Positions 24,231-33,204 of a stretch of DNA of 41,003 nucleotides are shown in pieces (positions within the stretch are counted from its first letter, which is position 1; each line of letters begins with the position of its first letter). The position numbers and the translations under genes are program-made. Origin of the DNA: a virus (taxonomy: Duplodnaviria > Caudoviricetes); the IMG/VR virus record IMGVR_UViG_3300033076_000432, positions 1 to 41,003 of that record; one strand, 5' to 3'. Under the pieces are notes generated by a model. That model was not told the DNA's origin. It ran no database searches and was given only the letters and a program-made list of their open reading frames with translations.

Positions 24231-25265
24231 TTAGGCCGACTGCAATCTGCGCAGCGTGGCCCGGATGGTGTCTTCCATCGTGCCAACAGGCTCCGATGGC
24301 GGCAGCGATGGGCGGGGGCGTGTGTTCACGCTCGCGGCCTCTTTCGCTGCCTGCGCCTTGCGGGTCGCCTCGGCCACGGCCTCTGCCTGCTGTTTGGCAA
24401 GCAATTGGGCGCGGGTCGCGGGGTTCATCCACACGGCCATCTCATAAGCACTTGCCAAGTCCTGAGCCTGCCCCGCCTGTATAAGCGCGGCCATATGCTC
24501 CCGGACATGGGCGAAATGCTCATGTTTCGGGTCAGCAGCAAATTGGGCGACTTGGCTGTTGGCCGTCTGCTCCACTTGCTGTACCTGCCCGTTCTGGATC
24601 GTCTCGACGAAGTTGCGCAGTTGCCGCAACTCCGCTTGCATCGCCTGCAGGCCGGGGTCAATCTGCTGACCTTCCCCATTGGGCTGCAATGCAATGCCGT
24701 AATCTCTCGCCAGTTGGTGGAGCTTCGCCACCTTTTCCTCGGGCGAGCCATACCGCAGGGCATGGTCTGCCTTGAGCAGTTCGCCCACCGCTTGGGCTGG
24801 CGTAGCCCCAAGGCTCTGGATCGTCTGCATATGCGGCGCAATTACCGCACCCAGCGTGTCCGCAAACTGCGCTTTCTGCCGGTACTGCTCGATGCCGCGT
24901 CCCATTTCCTCGGCGCGGCGCATGAACGCATCCTGCAACGCCTTGGGAGCGGCCTGGAAGGCTTGCGCCTCCTCTTTGCGCAGCCCCAGCCGCTGCAACT
25001 CAGGCGGGACGACATATTCCTCGACCGGCTTGGCCTCAGCTTCAACCTGCGGCGCTTCAATCTGCGCCGGTTGGTCAGGCTTGCCGACTTCCGGGGTCTT
25101 GGCGGCGAACTTGCCCGCCTCGTCCCTCGGTTGTTTGGCGTCCGGTTCTTTGAGCGCTTCCGCTACCGTCTCATCTCCCCGCGCTTTGATGCTTTGCAGC
25201 GTCTCGCGGATCGTGTCGTCGATGGATTCCTCTGCGACTGTAGAGCCGCCAATTTCCTCGTCCAT
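24231..25265 (-). CDS. Scaffolding protein
   Basis: Acidic N-terminus, PRDEAGKFA, helical core, LASAYEMAVWMNP; immediately upstream of the MCP. Confidence 0.75.
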   Translation of the reverse strand: MDEEIGGSTVAEESIDDTIRETLQSIKARGDETVAEALKEPDAKQPRDEAGKFAAKTPEVGKPDQPAQIEAPQVEAEAKPVEEYVVPPELQRLGLRKEEAQAFQAAPKALQDAFMRRAEEMGRGIEQYRQKAQFADTLGAVIAPHMQTIQSLGATPAQAVGELLKADHALRYGSPEEKVAKLHQLARDYGIALQPNGEGQQIDPGLQAMQAELRQLRNFVETIQNGQVQQVEQTANSQVAQFAADPKHEHFAHVREHMAALIQAGQAQDLASAYEMAVWMNPATRAQLLAKQQAEAVAEATRKAQAAKEAASVNTRPRPSLPPSEPVGTMEDTIRATLRRLQSA

Positions 25266-25359
25266 GTGTCACTCGTCTGAATCCCTCCCCCAACGTCGCC
25301 GGGGAGTGATTGCGGCGTCTCTCGACGGTCGCGGAATGGCCGGGCGAACGGCCAGAAAC

Positions 25360-25578
25360 CTACGCTAGAGCCGCTTGGATGACGGCAGCAGCCTGCGCAG
25401 CGGTGTTGCTCTGAGGAACGCTCACCCAACGCGAGCGCCCCGCATAGGGAGCCACCACGCCCACCGCATAGACTTGCGTGTTGCTGGCGTCCGTCACGAT
25501 GTAAGACTCCAGCGTGATGGTGCGCCCGGTGTTGGCAGCGTCAAGCTGCGCCTTCAGGGTTGCTTCAGTGAAAGCCAT
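25360..25578 (-). CDS. Hypothetical virion-region protein
   Basis: 72 aa; GGAGG RBS. Confidence 0.65.
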   Translation of the reverse strand: MAFTEATLKAQLDAANTGRTITLESYIVTDASNTQVYAVGVVAPYAGRSRWVSVPQSNTAAQAAAVIQAALA

Positions 25579-25581
25579 TGG

Positions 25582-25977
25582 TCATCCTCCAAGTAGGGCA
25601 GCTTTCTTGCTGTCCGGTAGGTGTTGCCAGGTCTCGCGCACCGCGTGATCCAGCGCCTTTTCGTTGCTCTGTTCAAGGTACGCAGTGCGCCGCTTGGCTT
25701 CCTGCTTCTCTTGGGCCATTCCTTCCCAGGGGCGGCACCCGTTGCGCCGCAAGTCATCCCTGCGCTGCGACGGCGTGTCAATCCACTTGCCCGAGATGGG
25801 CGACTGATACGCTGGCATGACGTACACCGCAGCACTTCTCTTGGGCGCGGCGTGCATCAGCAACTTGTCTTGCCAACCCTGCTCGGGGTCGTCGTAGTAA
25901 CGCGCATTGGCCTCCATCCAGCGGGCTTTGTCTTCCTCGGTGAAACCTAGCGCGGCTTGCAGTTCTTCAGTCGTCAT
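25582..25977 (-). CDS. Conserved hypothetical protein found upstream of scaffold genes
   Basis: YQSPISGKWIDTPSQRRDDLRRNGCRPWEG motif. Confidence 0.7.
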   Translation of the reverse strand: MTTEELQAALGFTEEDKARWMEANARYYDDPEQGWQDKLLMHAAPKRSAAVYVMPAYQSPISGKWIDTPSQRRDDLRRNGCRPWEGMAQEKQEAKRRTAYLEQSNEKALDHAVRETWQHLPDSKKAALLGG

Positions 25978-26318
25978 AGCAGCATCAGGATTTCTTCATC
26001 CTCGTCATCGTCATACGGACGCAGCACCACAGGCGCAACTACCTGCGGCACCACAATGGGCGCAGAAGCCGCCACAGGCTTGACGCGGCCCAGCGCCTTG
26101 TCCATCGCTTCCTGAATGGCGCTCTTTAGCTCCGCGTCTTTTTGCTTGCGAGGCTTGCGCCGTTCCCAAATCTCGTAGCGGGGAACATCGTCGCCGCCTA
26201 CCTTTCCTACAACAACATCCGGCGCAGGCGCACCAACCCCGTAACCCAACGTCACCATCAGCGACGGAGAGCCACCCAGGCCCAGCGTCAGGATTGCGCC
26301 AGGCGTGCCGATTGCCAT
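25974..26318 (-). CDS. Hypothetical protein with an acidic DDDEDEEILMLL tail
   Basis: 114 aa, coupled with both neighbours. Confidence 0.65.
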   Translation of the reverse strand: MAIGTPGAILTLGLGGSPSLMVTLGYGVGAPAPDVVVGKVGGDDVPRYEIWERRKPRKQKDAELKSAIQEAMDKALGRVKPVAASAPIVVPQVVAPVVLRPYDDDEDEEILMLL

Positions 26319-27539
26319 TTACGTCGCCCGCGTGATGCTCGTCGGGGTCGATGCGTCGTTCAAAGTGAACGTCGCCGCCGTGGTCGTCCCGTCCACCTTC
26401 TTCAGCGTCTTTGTGGTGCCAGCAATGCTGGATTCGCCCAAATGCGCCAGAACCTCATACGACGCCTGCGCCAAAGTGCGCGTTGCACCATCAGCCGCGT
26501 AGCTCTCCGTCATTGCAGTCGTCAGCACCGCACTTGCCACCGTCGCCGCGCTTGGAATGTCGCTTGACGCGGCGGGGCTTGCTGGCAGGTTGGTCGTCTT
26601 TGCCTGAATCGCCGCAATGTCAGCCGACACGCTTGCCCCGGCAGGAGCGCCCAACCGTGCGAACGCATCGCCCGTCTGCGCCGTGCTCGTTGCAGCAGTG
26701 CCCACGCTCGCCAGCACCGTGACACCCGCAGCACAGGTCACCGTCTGCGTCTTGATGGTGTTCACGTCCACCTGCTGCGTCGTCGCAATCGTCGTGCCCG
26801 ACAGGTTCACGGAAGTCGTCGGGCTACCCACGTTGGCCCAATCCACACCGGCCTCACCGCCAGCGGATACATCCAGCGTGCGTCCTGCAACCGTGGGGGC
26901 CAGCGGCAGCGCCACAGTCGTCAGCCCGTTCCAGGCATAGACATTCGTGCGCGGCAAGATGCTGATGTTGTCCTTTGCCGCCATGGTGAAGATGGCAGGA
27001 TCAGCAGCCAGCGTCACCGTTTTGGTTGATCCGGTATAGGCGCTGATGACGCCCATGGCGCATTGCACCCCGCTTGCAGCGTCATGGATGTACGCGGTGC
27101 AGCCGACATAAGCGTTGTTGTCCGCGCTGCCCGATGTCAGCGTGAAGCTCGTCTGACTGGCTAGCGTGGCAATGGTGGTGTCCAGGATTGCCTCGGGCAG
27201 ACCGATGACGAACGACCCCACGGGGAAACGCATCGTCTGCCCGTCGATGGTCACGTCCGAAACCACCACCGTGTAGCGGGAACCCGCAGCGTAGAAGTCT
27301 GCCGTGGTGTTGTCCGAAAGGTCGATGCTGATGTAGTTGACGCCCGTCAGCGTGTCAAAATCCACCGTGAACGTGACGCCCGACGCGCTGGCGCGCTGGG
27401 TGGTTCCGCCGTCTTTGTAGATTTGAATGTCGCTGGTTGCGTTGCCCGTGACTGCGGAGGGTGCGCCCGTGGAACCTGCAAAGGAGCCGAACGCAAACTC
27501 AACCGTAGAACCGGGCTTGACTTTGCCGAGATGAATCAT
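26319..27539 (-). CDS. Putative accessory virion (fibre-like) protein
   Basis: 406 aa; Thr/Ala/Ser-rich beta-strand composition; in the head module. Confidence 0.6.
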   Translation of the reverse strand: MIHLGKVKPGSTVEFAFGSFAGSTGAPSAVTGNATSDIQIYKDGGTTQRASASGVTFTVDFDTLTGVNYISIDLSDNTTADFYAAGSRYTVVVSDVTIDGQTMRFPVGSFVIGLPEAILDTTIATLASQTSFTLTSGSADNNAYVGCTAYIHDAASGVQCAMGVISAYTGSTKTVTLAADPAIFTMAAKDNISILPRTNVYAWNGLTTVALPLAPTVAGRTLDVSAGGEAGVDWANVGSPTTSVNLSGTTIATTQQVDVNTIKTQTVTCAAGVTVLASVGTAATSTAQTGDAFARLGAPAGASVSADIAAIQAKTTNLPASPAASSDIPSAATVASAVLTTAMTESYAADGATRTLAQASYEVLAHLGESSIAGTTKTLKKVDGTTTAATFTLNDASTPTSITRAT

Positions 27540-28222
27540 AGTGCCAGCCTTCCGCCGACCAGCGGACCTTGTTTGATGAGGTGTCCGGTGCCGTTACCCG
27601 CAGACAGCAGCGGGCCGGTGATGCCGCCACCCGCCGCCACCGCGTTGATGGGAATGCCAATGGCCGTATACGCAGTGCTGGCACCCTGCGTCCAGTTCAG
27701 CGCACCTGTGTCCAGCCGATACCCGCCGCCGTAGGCCGTGCCGTTTCGCGTGGCCGTGCTTGCCAGAGTCGTGCCAGTTCCCGCCACCAGCGTCGGGCTG
27801 GCCCCCTGGTAGCCCGTATTCGCCATCCCCCATACACCACCGTTTGACGGGCAAGTGATGGAGCCGGTTGTGATTGATGCCGATGTCGCAGCGTTAGACA
27901 CCATCGTGCCCACGGGCGTGGTCTGATCGGCCCCCGTCCAATCCGATGTCACAACCCGCGCCGTACCGTAGCCAGACAAACTGAACGACAGTGTGTTCGC
28001 GCCCGAGGCGTTGCCCGCCTTGCTCCAGATGATGTAGCCACCCGTAGAGCCGCTATTTGTCAGAGATGCCCCGGCGTAGGTGCCGCTGTTGACGGTCACG
28101 CCTTCGCCGTTTGTTGCTGATAGCAACAACCGATCAGACCCCGCCGACGAGGTGTAGGAGAAACTGATCGTCGTCCCAGCGGTTGGACGGCGAGCATCGG
28201 AGGTGTTGAAAGCAACAGCCAT
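27536..28222 (-). CDS. Putative accessory virion protein
   Basis: 228 aa; Thr/Gly/Ser-rich with a WTGADQTTP motif. Confidence 0.6.
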   Translation of the reverse strand: MAVAFNTSDARRPTAGTTISFSYTSSAGSDRLLLSATNGEGVTVNSGTYAGASLTNSGSTGGYIIWSKAGNASGANTLSFSLSGYGTARVVTSDWTGADQTTPVGTMVSNAATSASITTGSITCPSNGGVWGMANTGYQGASPTLVAGTGTTLASTATRNGTAYGGGYRLDTGALNWTQGASTAYTAIGIPINAVAAGGGITGPLLSAGNGTGHLIKQGPLVGGRLAL

Positions 28223-28641
28223 CAGGGCACCAAATCCGGCTTCACTGCAACCATCGGCACATCAACCTGCGCGGCAATGGCTGCGTCAATGTGCAGCACA
28301 TCGCCCGCATCCTTGATGAACTCCGTGGGCTGCAACTGCATCAGCTTCACGTCAATGCGGGCGTTCTTCTCTGTTACCCCGTAGTTCACCACCAGCGTCC
28401 CATCCGGGTTAATCACCGCCTCCCCAGGATTGCACGGACGACAGGCCACCGTGACACGCCCCGAGAACCACTCGTCCTCCGTCACACCTGACGGGATCAC
28501 GTTGTTCCCCTGCACCACAGCATCCGCCTCTTTCGCAGTGATGGCGAACTCGCGCTCGATGCTGCCGTCTTTTGCAAACACCTGAACCAGCCCCCATGCG
28601 GTGCTCATGTCGGTGAGCTTGACGCCAGTGGGCACCTTCAT
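28222..28641 (-). CDS. Hypothetical protein
   Basis: ATG 28641 (MKVPTGVK...), GGAGG RBS, coupled at both ends. Confidence 0.6.
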   Translation of the reverse strand: MKVPTGVKLTDMSTAWGLVQVFAKDGSIEREFAITAKEADAVVQGNNVIPSGVTEDEWFSGRVTVACRPCNPGEAVINPDGTLVVNYGVTEKNARIDVKLMQLQPTEFIKDAGDVLHIDAAIAAQVDVPMVAVKPDLVP

Positions 28642-29087
28642 CGGTACGCCTCCACCCAGCCCATGCTGTCCTGCACCACTTTCTCGTTCACCCGCACCCA
28701 CAGCGTTCCGTCCTCGTCGCGCTTGGTGTAAGGTTTCTGCTCCTGCTGTCCAGGCGCATCGGTGATCGCTTGCGGCATCTGGTGCGCGTAGATGCACCCA
28801 TACCGGCTACCGTCTTCCAGCGAGCGGATGAGGTGGTAGCGGCCTTTCATCACCAAGAACCACGGCTCGGGGTCGCCCGCCCGCAGGGTGACCGAGCAAT
28901 CCACCTCGGCCTCCAGCGGCAGCGTGTCCTCGCGAGCCTCGGTGACTCGCAGCAGGCTCACCTCGATGGCCCCGGCGAGACACAGCGTCGTATGGTCAAA
29001 GTGGTGCATGTGCCCTAGCACGACCTCGCCGGCCTTCATGCCGTCAGATGGAGTGCGGATGAAGATGTTGCCGCTGATGTGTTCCAT
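28638..29087 (-). CDS. Cupin-fold protein
   Basis: GEVVLGHMHHFDHTTLCLAG...GRYHLIRSLED...CIY metal-binding His pattern. Confidence 0.6.
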   Translation of the reverse strand: MEHISGNIFIRTPSDGMKAGEVVLGHMHHFDHTTLCLAGAIEVSLLRVTEAREDTLPLEAEVDCSVTLRAGDPEPWFLVMKGRYHLIRSLEDGSRYGCIYAHQMPQAITDAPGQQEQKPYTKRDEDGTLWVRVNEKVVQDSMGWVEAYR

Positions 29088-29088
29088 C

Positions 29089-31488
29089 TCACTCCTGAAT
29101 CGGAACAGTCACGCCGTTGATCTCCACGCCAATTAGCTTTCCGGCTTTGTCGCGCACCTTTTTGCGCGGTGCCGTTGCGTGGGCGTGCAGAGCGTCCACC
29201 CGTTGGGCCAGCCCTTCCACCGCTTTCATAAGCGTCGTGTCGGGCTTGGCAGGTTGCTTGGCCTCCTGCGCCGCCTTGATCGTTGTCTCGCTGCTCATTG
29301 CAGCCGTGCGCTCAGTCGTTTGAGCGTTGCGCTCCGCAGTCTCCAGTGTGGTCTGCCGTTGCATCGCCGCAATCTGCAGTTTGGTGGCGTTGTCAGCGTC
29401 TGCCTTCTCCCGCTCATGCTGGAGCCGCATCGCCTCCATCTCGCGCTCATGCTGCTGCCGCTGCGCTTCCTGATTTGCCGCCAGTTCAGCGTTGAACCTC
29501 GCCAGAGCCGCATCGCCCTCGCGCTCCGCTGCCTTTTGCTGGGCCTCCACTTCTTGCCGGTGCTGGTCAACCTGCGCTTGTAGCGCGGCCTTGTCGCGCT
29601 CAACTTGCACATTGGACTGAGCCTTCATCTGCTCAATCTGCGCCTCATGCTGCATGCGCATCTGCTCCATTTGAGCCTCATGCTGCTGCTGCGCCTGCTG
29701 TTGAGCCATCGCCGCCTGCATCTTTGTCTGCTCAGGATCGGCACCCGGCTGCGGAGGCTTGATCTTGTCCAGCGCGTCCTCGACCACCGTGCCCATCTTG
29801 GCGCGGCGAGCCACCACGCTCATCAGCGCCTTGACGGCCTCAATCGGGATAGCCCCAGCCTGCACCGCAGGGCCAAATCCCATGATCATGTCGGCCATGC
29901 CCTTCAGAATCTGCTGCAAGCCCTCCAGATCGGCGTCCTGCGTGGCCGCAATGGTGGAATCAGTCTCGATGTCCACCCGATAGGTGCGCGTTGCATCGTC
30001 GCGCATCGCAGCCATCGCGGATTCCCATGTGACCGGAGGCAACTGCGGTGCCGGGGGCGCAGGTTGTCCAGCCTGCATCGCACGAATCACCGCCTGCTGG
30101 TACTGCGCCATCTGCGCGTCCACCTCGGCCTGGTGCGGCAACTCCACCAGCGTCATGCGCTCTAGCGTTTGCTGCTGGAACTTCTCGGCGATGATCTCGG
30201 CCTTGAGCCGGATGATGTCGCGGATGTATCGCTGCACCTCACGCTGCATCCGCTGGAGCCGCTGCGTGCCCCACTGCGTTTTGATCTTCTGAGCGCCGAA
30301 CGTCTCCGCAGGGTCAGTAGCCGCCCGCATGATGTCCGAGATGCCCGTGATCTCGTAAATCACCTGCTTGCACTGGTCGCGCTGGACGTACAACTCCTTG
30401 AGAACAGCCGCAGCCGTCTCAATGGGCATCATCCAAATGGCTTTTTCCAGCCCACCGCGCTCGAGGAGTGCCGTGACGTTCTGCGCCGGAACCATCTGGT
30501 AGTCCTGCGCCTTGGACAACTCAGCCAGTTCCGTTACCGTGGCGTCGTACACGCCCCGCACCTTCAGGCCATCAATCAGCTTGTTGATGCGGGCAGAAAC
30601 GCGGTTCAGTTCTTTGGCCTGCTGCTCGTACTGCGTAAACAGCGGCAATGGGATGAGCGACTGATCGTTCTCAATCGCGTACAAAGGCCGGGGGATGGGC
30701 CAGAAGCCCGACAGGTTCAGCGGGTCTGCCTGCTTCTTGATAACGCTTGCATAGCCCTGGTTGATCCACAGAACGGACTTGCTTTCCAAGTCCCAGATTT
30801 CCCAGATGTCCGCAGTCTTGAACAAGTCCTGCGCCTTGTTCTGGCGCACATCCTCGTCCTCGACATCATCCAGCGCAATCTTGTTGCCCAGCGATTCCCC
30901 GAACTTCTCGACCAAATCCTCGCGGCTCATCCGGTGCCGGAAGCCAATTGCCGTCACCTCGTCCCAGGTCTTGGCCGCGCAGAGGATACGAAAGTCATCC
31001 CATTGAACGTGGCAGCACTCCACCGACTCCCAATCCACCTGAGCGGCCTCGTCGTCGCCCGACACGCGGGGCTTGTACTGCACCCGCGACACTGCCCGGC
31101 CAGGCAGCAGCATGGACAGCACATCGGCTTTGATGGTGGCGTCGAAGTCGTAGGTGTCCTGCGCGAACTCCAGCGCCCGCTTCAGAATCTCGCTGACAGC
31201 CTTGCCGACCGGATCATCGGTGCTATAGCGTCGGCGCACATCAGGCTGCGGGAGCGAGTTGTACACCGATTGCCGCAGCGTCTCGGTGTTCGTCCACAGC
31301 ACATTGAACGAGTTGGCCTGCGGAGAATCCGGCGCGTAGATGCGATAGATGTCCTTTGCCTTCTTGCGCCACGCAGACTCGCGCTTGTCCGCTAGCTTGA
31401 TCTCCAGCTTCCACCGACGCGCCTCTGCCGCCGAGTCAGTCCCCAAGTCTTCGGGGCGCTCTAGCGTTTGTGCTACCGGGTCAGACAT
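29089..31488 (-). CDS. Portal protein with a long C-terminal coiled coil
   Basis: 799 aa; FNVLWTNTETLRQSVY..P.PDV.RR, IYEITGISDIMR..DPAET.GAQ, YRVDIETDST; Gln-rich tail. Confidence 0.85.
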   Translation of the reverse strand: MSDPVAQTLERPEDLGTDSAAEARRWKLEIKLADKRESAWRKKAKDIYRIYAPDSPQANSFNVLWTNTETLRQSVYNSLPQPDVRRRYSTDDPVGKAVSEILKRALEFAQDTYDFDATIKADVLSMLLPGRAVSRVQYKPRVSGDDEAAQVDWESVECCHVQWDDFRILCAAKTWDEVTAIGFRHRMSREDLVEKFGESLGNKIALDDVEDEDVRQNKAQDLFKTADIWEIWDLESKSVLWINQGYASVIKKQADPLNLSGFWPIPRPLYAIENDQSLIPLPLFTQYEQQAKELNRVSARINKLIDGLKVRGVYDATVTELAELSKAQDYQMVPAQNVTALLERGGLEKAIWMMPIETAAAVLKELYVQRDQCKQVIYEITGISDIMRAATDPAETFGAQKIKTQWGTQRLQRMQREVQRYIRDIIRLKAEIIAEKFQQQTLERMTLVELPHQAEVDAQMAQYQQAVIRAMQAGQPAPPAPQLPPVTWESAMAAMRDDATRTYRVDIETDSTIAATQDADLEGLQQILKGMADMIMGFGPAVQAGAIPIEAVKALMSVVARRAKMGTVVEDALDKIKPPQPGADPEQTKMQAAMAQQQAQQQHEAQMEQMRMQHEAQIEQMKAQSNVQVERDKAALQAQVDQHRQEVEAQQKAAEREGDAALARFNAELAANQEAQRQQHEREMEAMRLQHEREKADADNATKLQIAAMQRQTTLETAERNAQTTERTAAMSSETTIKAAQEAKQPAKPDTTLMKAVEGLAQRVDALHAHATAPRKKVRDKAGKLIGVEINGVTVPIQE

Positions 31489-31496
31489 GAGCAGTC

Positions 31497-32960
31497 CTAT
31501 ACAAACAGCGGTGCAATCGCGCCTGCCGTGGCAATGCCTACGACGTTGTAACCACTGACGCTAGGATGAACGGTTTGCGATGCTTGGTAATAGCCAAGTG
31601 GCTGCGTCGTTTCATACGAAAGCCACTGCCCAAAGTGATCCACCACGGGCACGCCATTGCTTGCCGCCAGCGTCAGCACCGCCGTCCGGAACTCTTGCTG
31701 AGTCGCCAGAGCCACGTTGCTGATGGCCGATGGAATCGGCGTCATTAGCACGCAGTCGCACGATATGGCCGCAAACTGCGTCAAGATGGATTGAATGTTG
31801 GCGCTGTACGTGGACGAACTTACCGAGTTGAGCCAGTCATTGATGCCCAGCATGACAATTGCCAAGTCTGGCGCGATGGTGTCCATCAGGTAAGAGTTGC
31901 TGTAGACCTGAGTGCGATCAGACAGTGCGGCAGATCGAGCGCCGCCCAAGCCAAAATTCAGCACCGACACTTCCTTGGTCGCAGCTGTGTACCCAATGAT
32001 CCCCAGCACATTTACCGCCGTTGAAATTGGCGGCGTGATGATGAGCGGTTGTCCAGCAGTCACGGTGATCGTCGCCTTGCGGATTGCCACCGCCGCCGCC
32101 ATGTTGATGGTGGAAGGGCTGGCCCCCGTGCTGGCAATGGTCACCGTGCCATAGGCCGGATTGCTGACGTAGTACACCTCATAGGTGTCGCAGGACTGCG
32201 CTGGGGTAAAGGTCAGGTTGGCAGGCGTTGCGTTGTTGAACGTGAACTGTCGCACGTAGTTGGTGCCAAGGCTTGTCAACGTCCAGTTCGCGCCAATCGT
32301 CCACCGGCTGTCATAGGTGCCAAAGTTGGTGGTGTTGAACGTGTTTGTCGGCTCAGAAAACCAACTATTCAGCTTGGCCGTTGCGCCCTTGGCAACAAGG
32401 TTTGCGGCCAAGATAGACGGGTATGAGGTAGTGCGCCCGGTGTATGTGCCATCGCCAGGAAGTCCTGCAGTGGTGGAATCGCCCACACACAGCACTTTCA
32501 TGTTGGACACGCCTGCGCGTTGTTTGGCCGCTGCAATGGTTGCCCGGCGAAGTTTGCGCATTGCCAACGCGCCGTCGCTCATCGGCGTGATCAGGCCATC
32601 CGGGCCAACAAAAGCCACCGCATTGGCTGACGAGTCCAGCAAGTACGGCGACATGTTGATGGTGTCCCCACCGCCGCTTGATGTCACCGCCACCGTGAAC
32701 GTGCCAACCGTCGAAACGTCGGCCCACACCTCTAGCTCAAAATCAAACCGTGCGTTCTCGGTGTACGAGACGGCCACACCGCTGCCCGACGTACCAACCA
32801 CCGAACCAGCGCCACCACGAATCGGCCTGCGCACAACGTCAAACTTGCGCATCACCCCCGTGCCATTGGTGGCAGTGATCGTGTAGGTTGCGCCGTTCCC
32901 ATTGCCGTAGAAGCCGTACAGCTTCTGCGTGCCTTTGACGGTAGCGGTGTACGTAGCCAT
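31497..32960 (-). CDS. SGNH/GDSL hydrolase domain protein (putative head fibre)
   Basis: Blocks VGDSTTAG, NFGLGG, LGIND and VHPS..GY. Confidence 0.75.
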   Translation of the reverse strand: MATYTATVKGTQKLYGFYGNGNGATYTITATNGTGVMRKFDVVRRPIRGGAGSVVGTSGSGVAVSYTENARFDFELEVWADVSTVGTFTVAVTSSGGGDTINMSPYLLDSSANAVAFVGPDGLITPMSDGALAMRKLRRATIAAAKQRAGVSNMKVLCVGDSTTAGLPGDGTYTGRTTSYPSILAANLVAKGATAKLNSWFSEPTNTFNTTNFGTYDSRWTIGANWTLTSLGTNYVRQFTFNNATPANLTFTPAQSCDTYEVYYVSNPAYGTVTIASTGASPSTINMAAAVAIRKATITVTAGQPLIITPPISTAVNVLGIIGYTAATKEVSVLNFGLGGARSAALSDRTQVYSNSYLMDTIAPDLAIVMLGINDWLNSVSSSTYSANIQSILTQFAAISCDCVLMTPIPSAISNVALATQQEFRTAVLTLAASNGVPVVDHFGQWLSYETTQPLGYYQASQTVHPSVSGYNVVGIATAGAIAPLFV

Positions 32961-32961
32961 C

Positions 32962-33204
32962 TCAGGCCAGCGCGACCAGGTTCGTCGCCGTGGTGTTGGT
33001 ACTCATGATCTGCCCGCCGTCAATGGCGATGGGCAGCACCGTCCCAACCGGCACAGCGGCCAGCGTCACCGCCGTGGCCCCCGCTACCGTCTTGACCGCA
33101 ACCGCACCAGTGCCGCCGACGTAGATGGCGCGGCAGTTGATGACCGTGGTGTCGCTAGGCGTCACCGCAACGGCGCTGCCGTAGCTTGCAAAGTTCACTT
33201 GCAT
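32962..33204 (-). CDS. Head spike base protein (RcGTA Rcc01079-like)
   Basis: AVAVTPSD...RAIYVGGTG.VAV...VPVGTVLPI...STNTTATNLVAL. Confidence 0.7.
   Translation of the reverse strand: MQVNFASYGSAVAVTPSDTTVINCRAIYVGGTGAVAVKTVAGATAVTLAAVPVGTVLPIAIDGGQIMSTNTTATNLVALA

Noticed and set aside
22434-25280. 948-aa + strand ORF
   Set aside because: Antisense shadow of the decoration, capsid and scaffold genes; His/Arg/Val-rich composition typical of GC-rich reverse frames; no motif or RBS.
30169-31395. 408-aa + strand ORF and similar long antisense ORFs (15252-16160, 16862-17689, 13299-14030)
   Set aside because: Shadows of the portal, ejection and fibre genes, with no independent signals.
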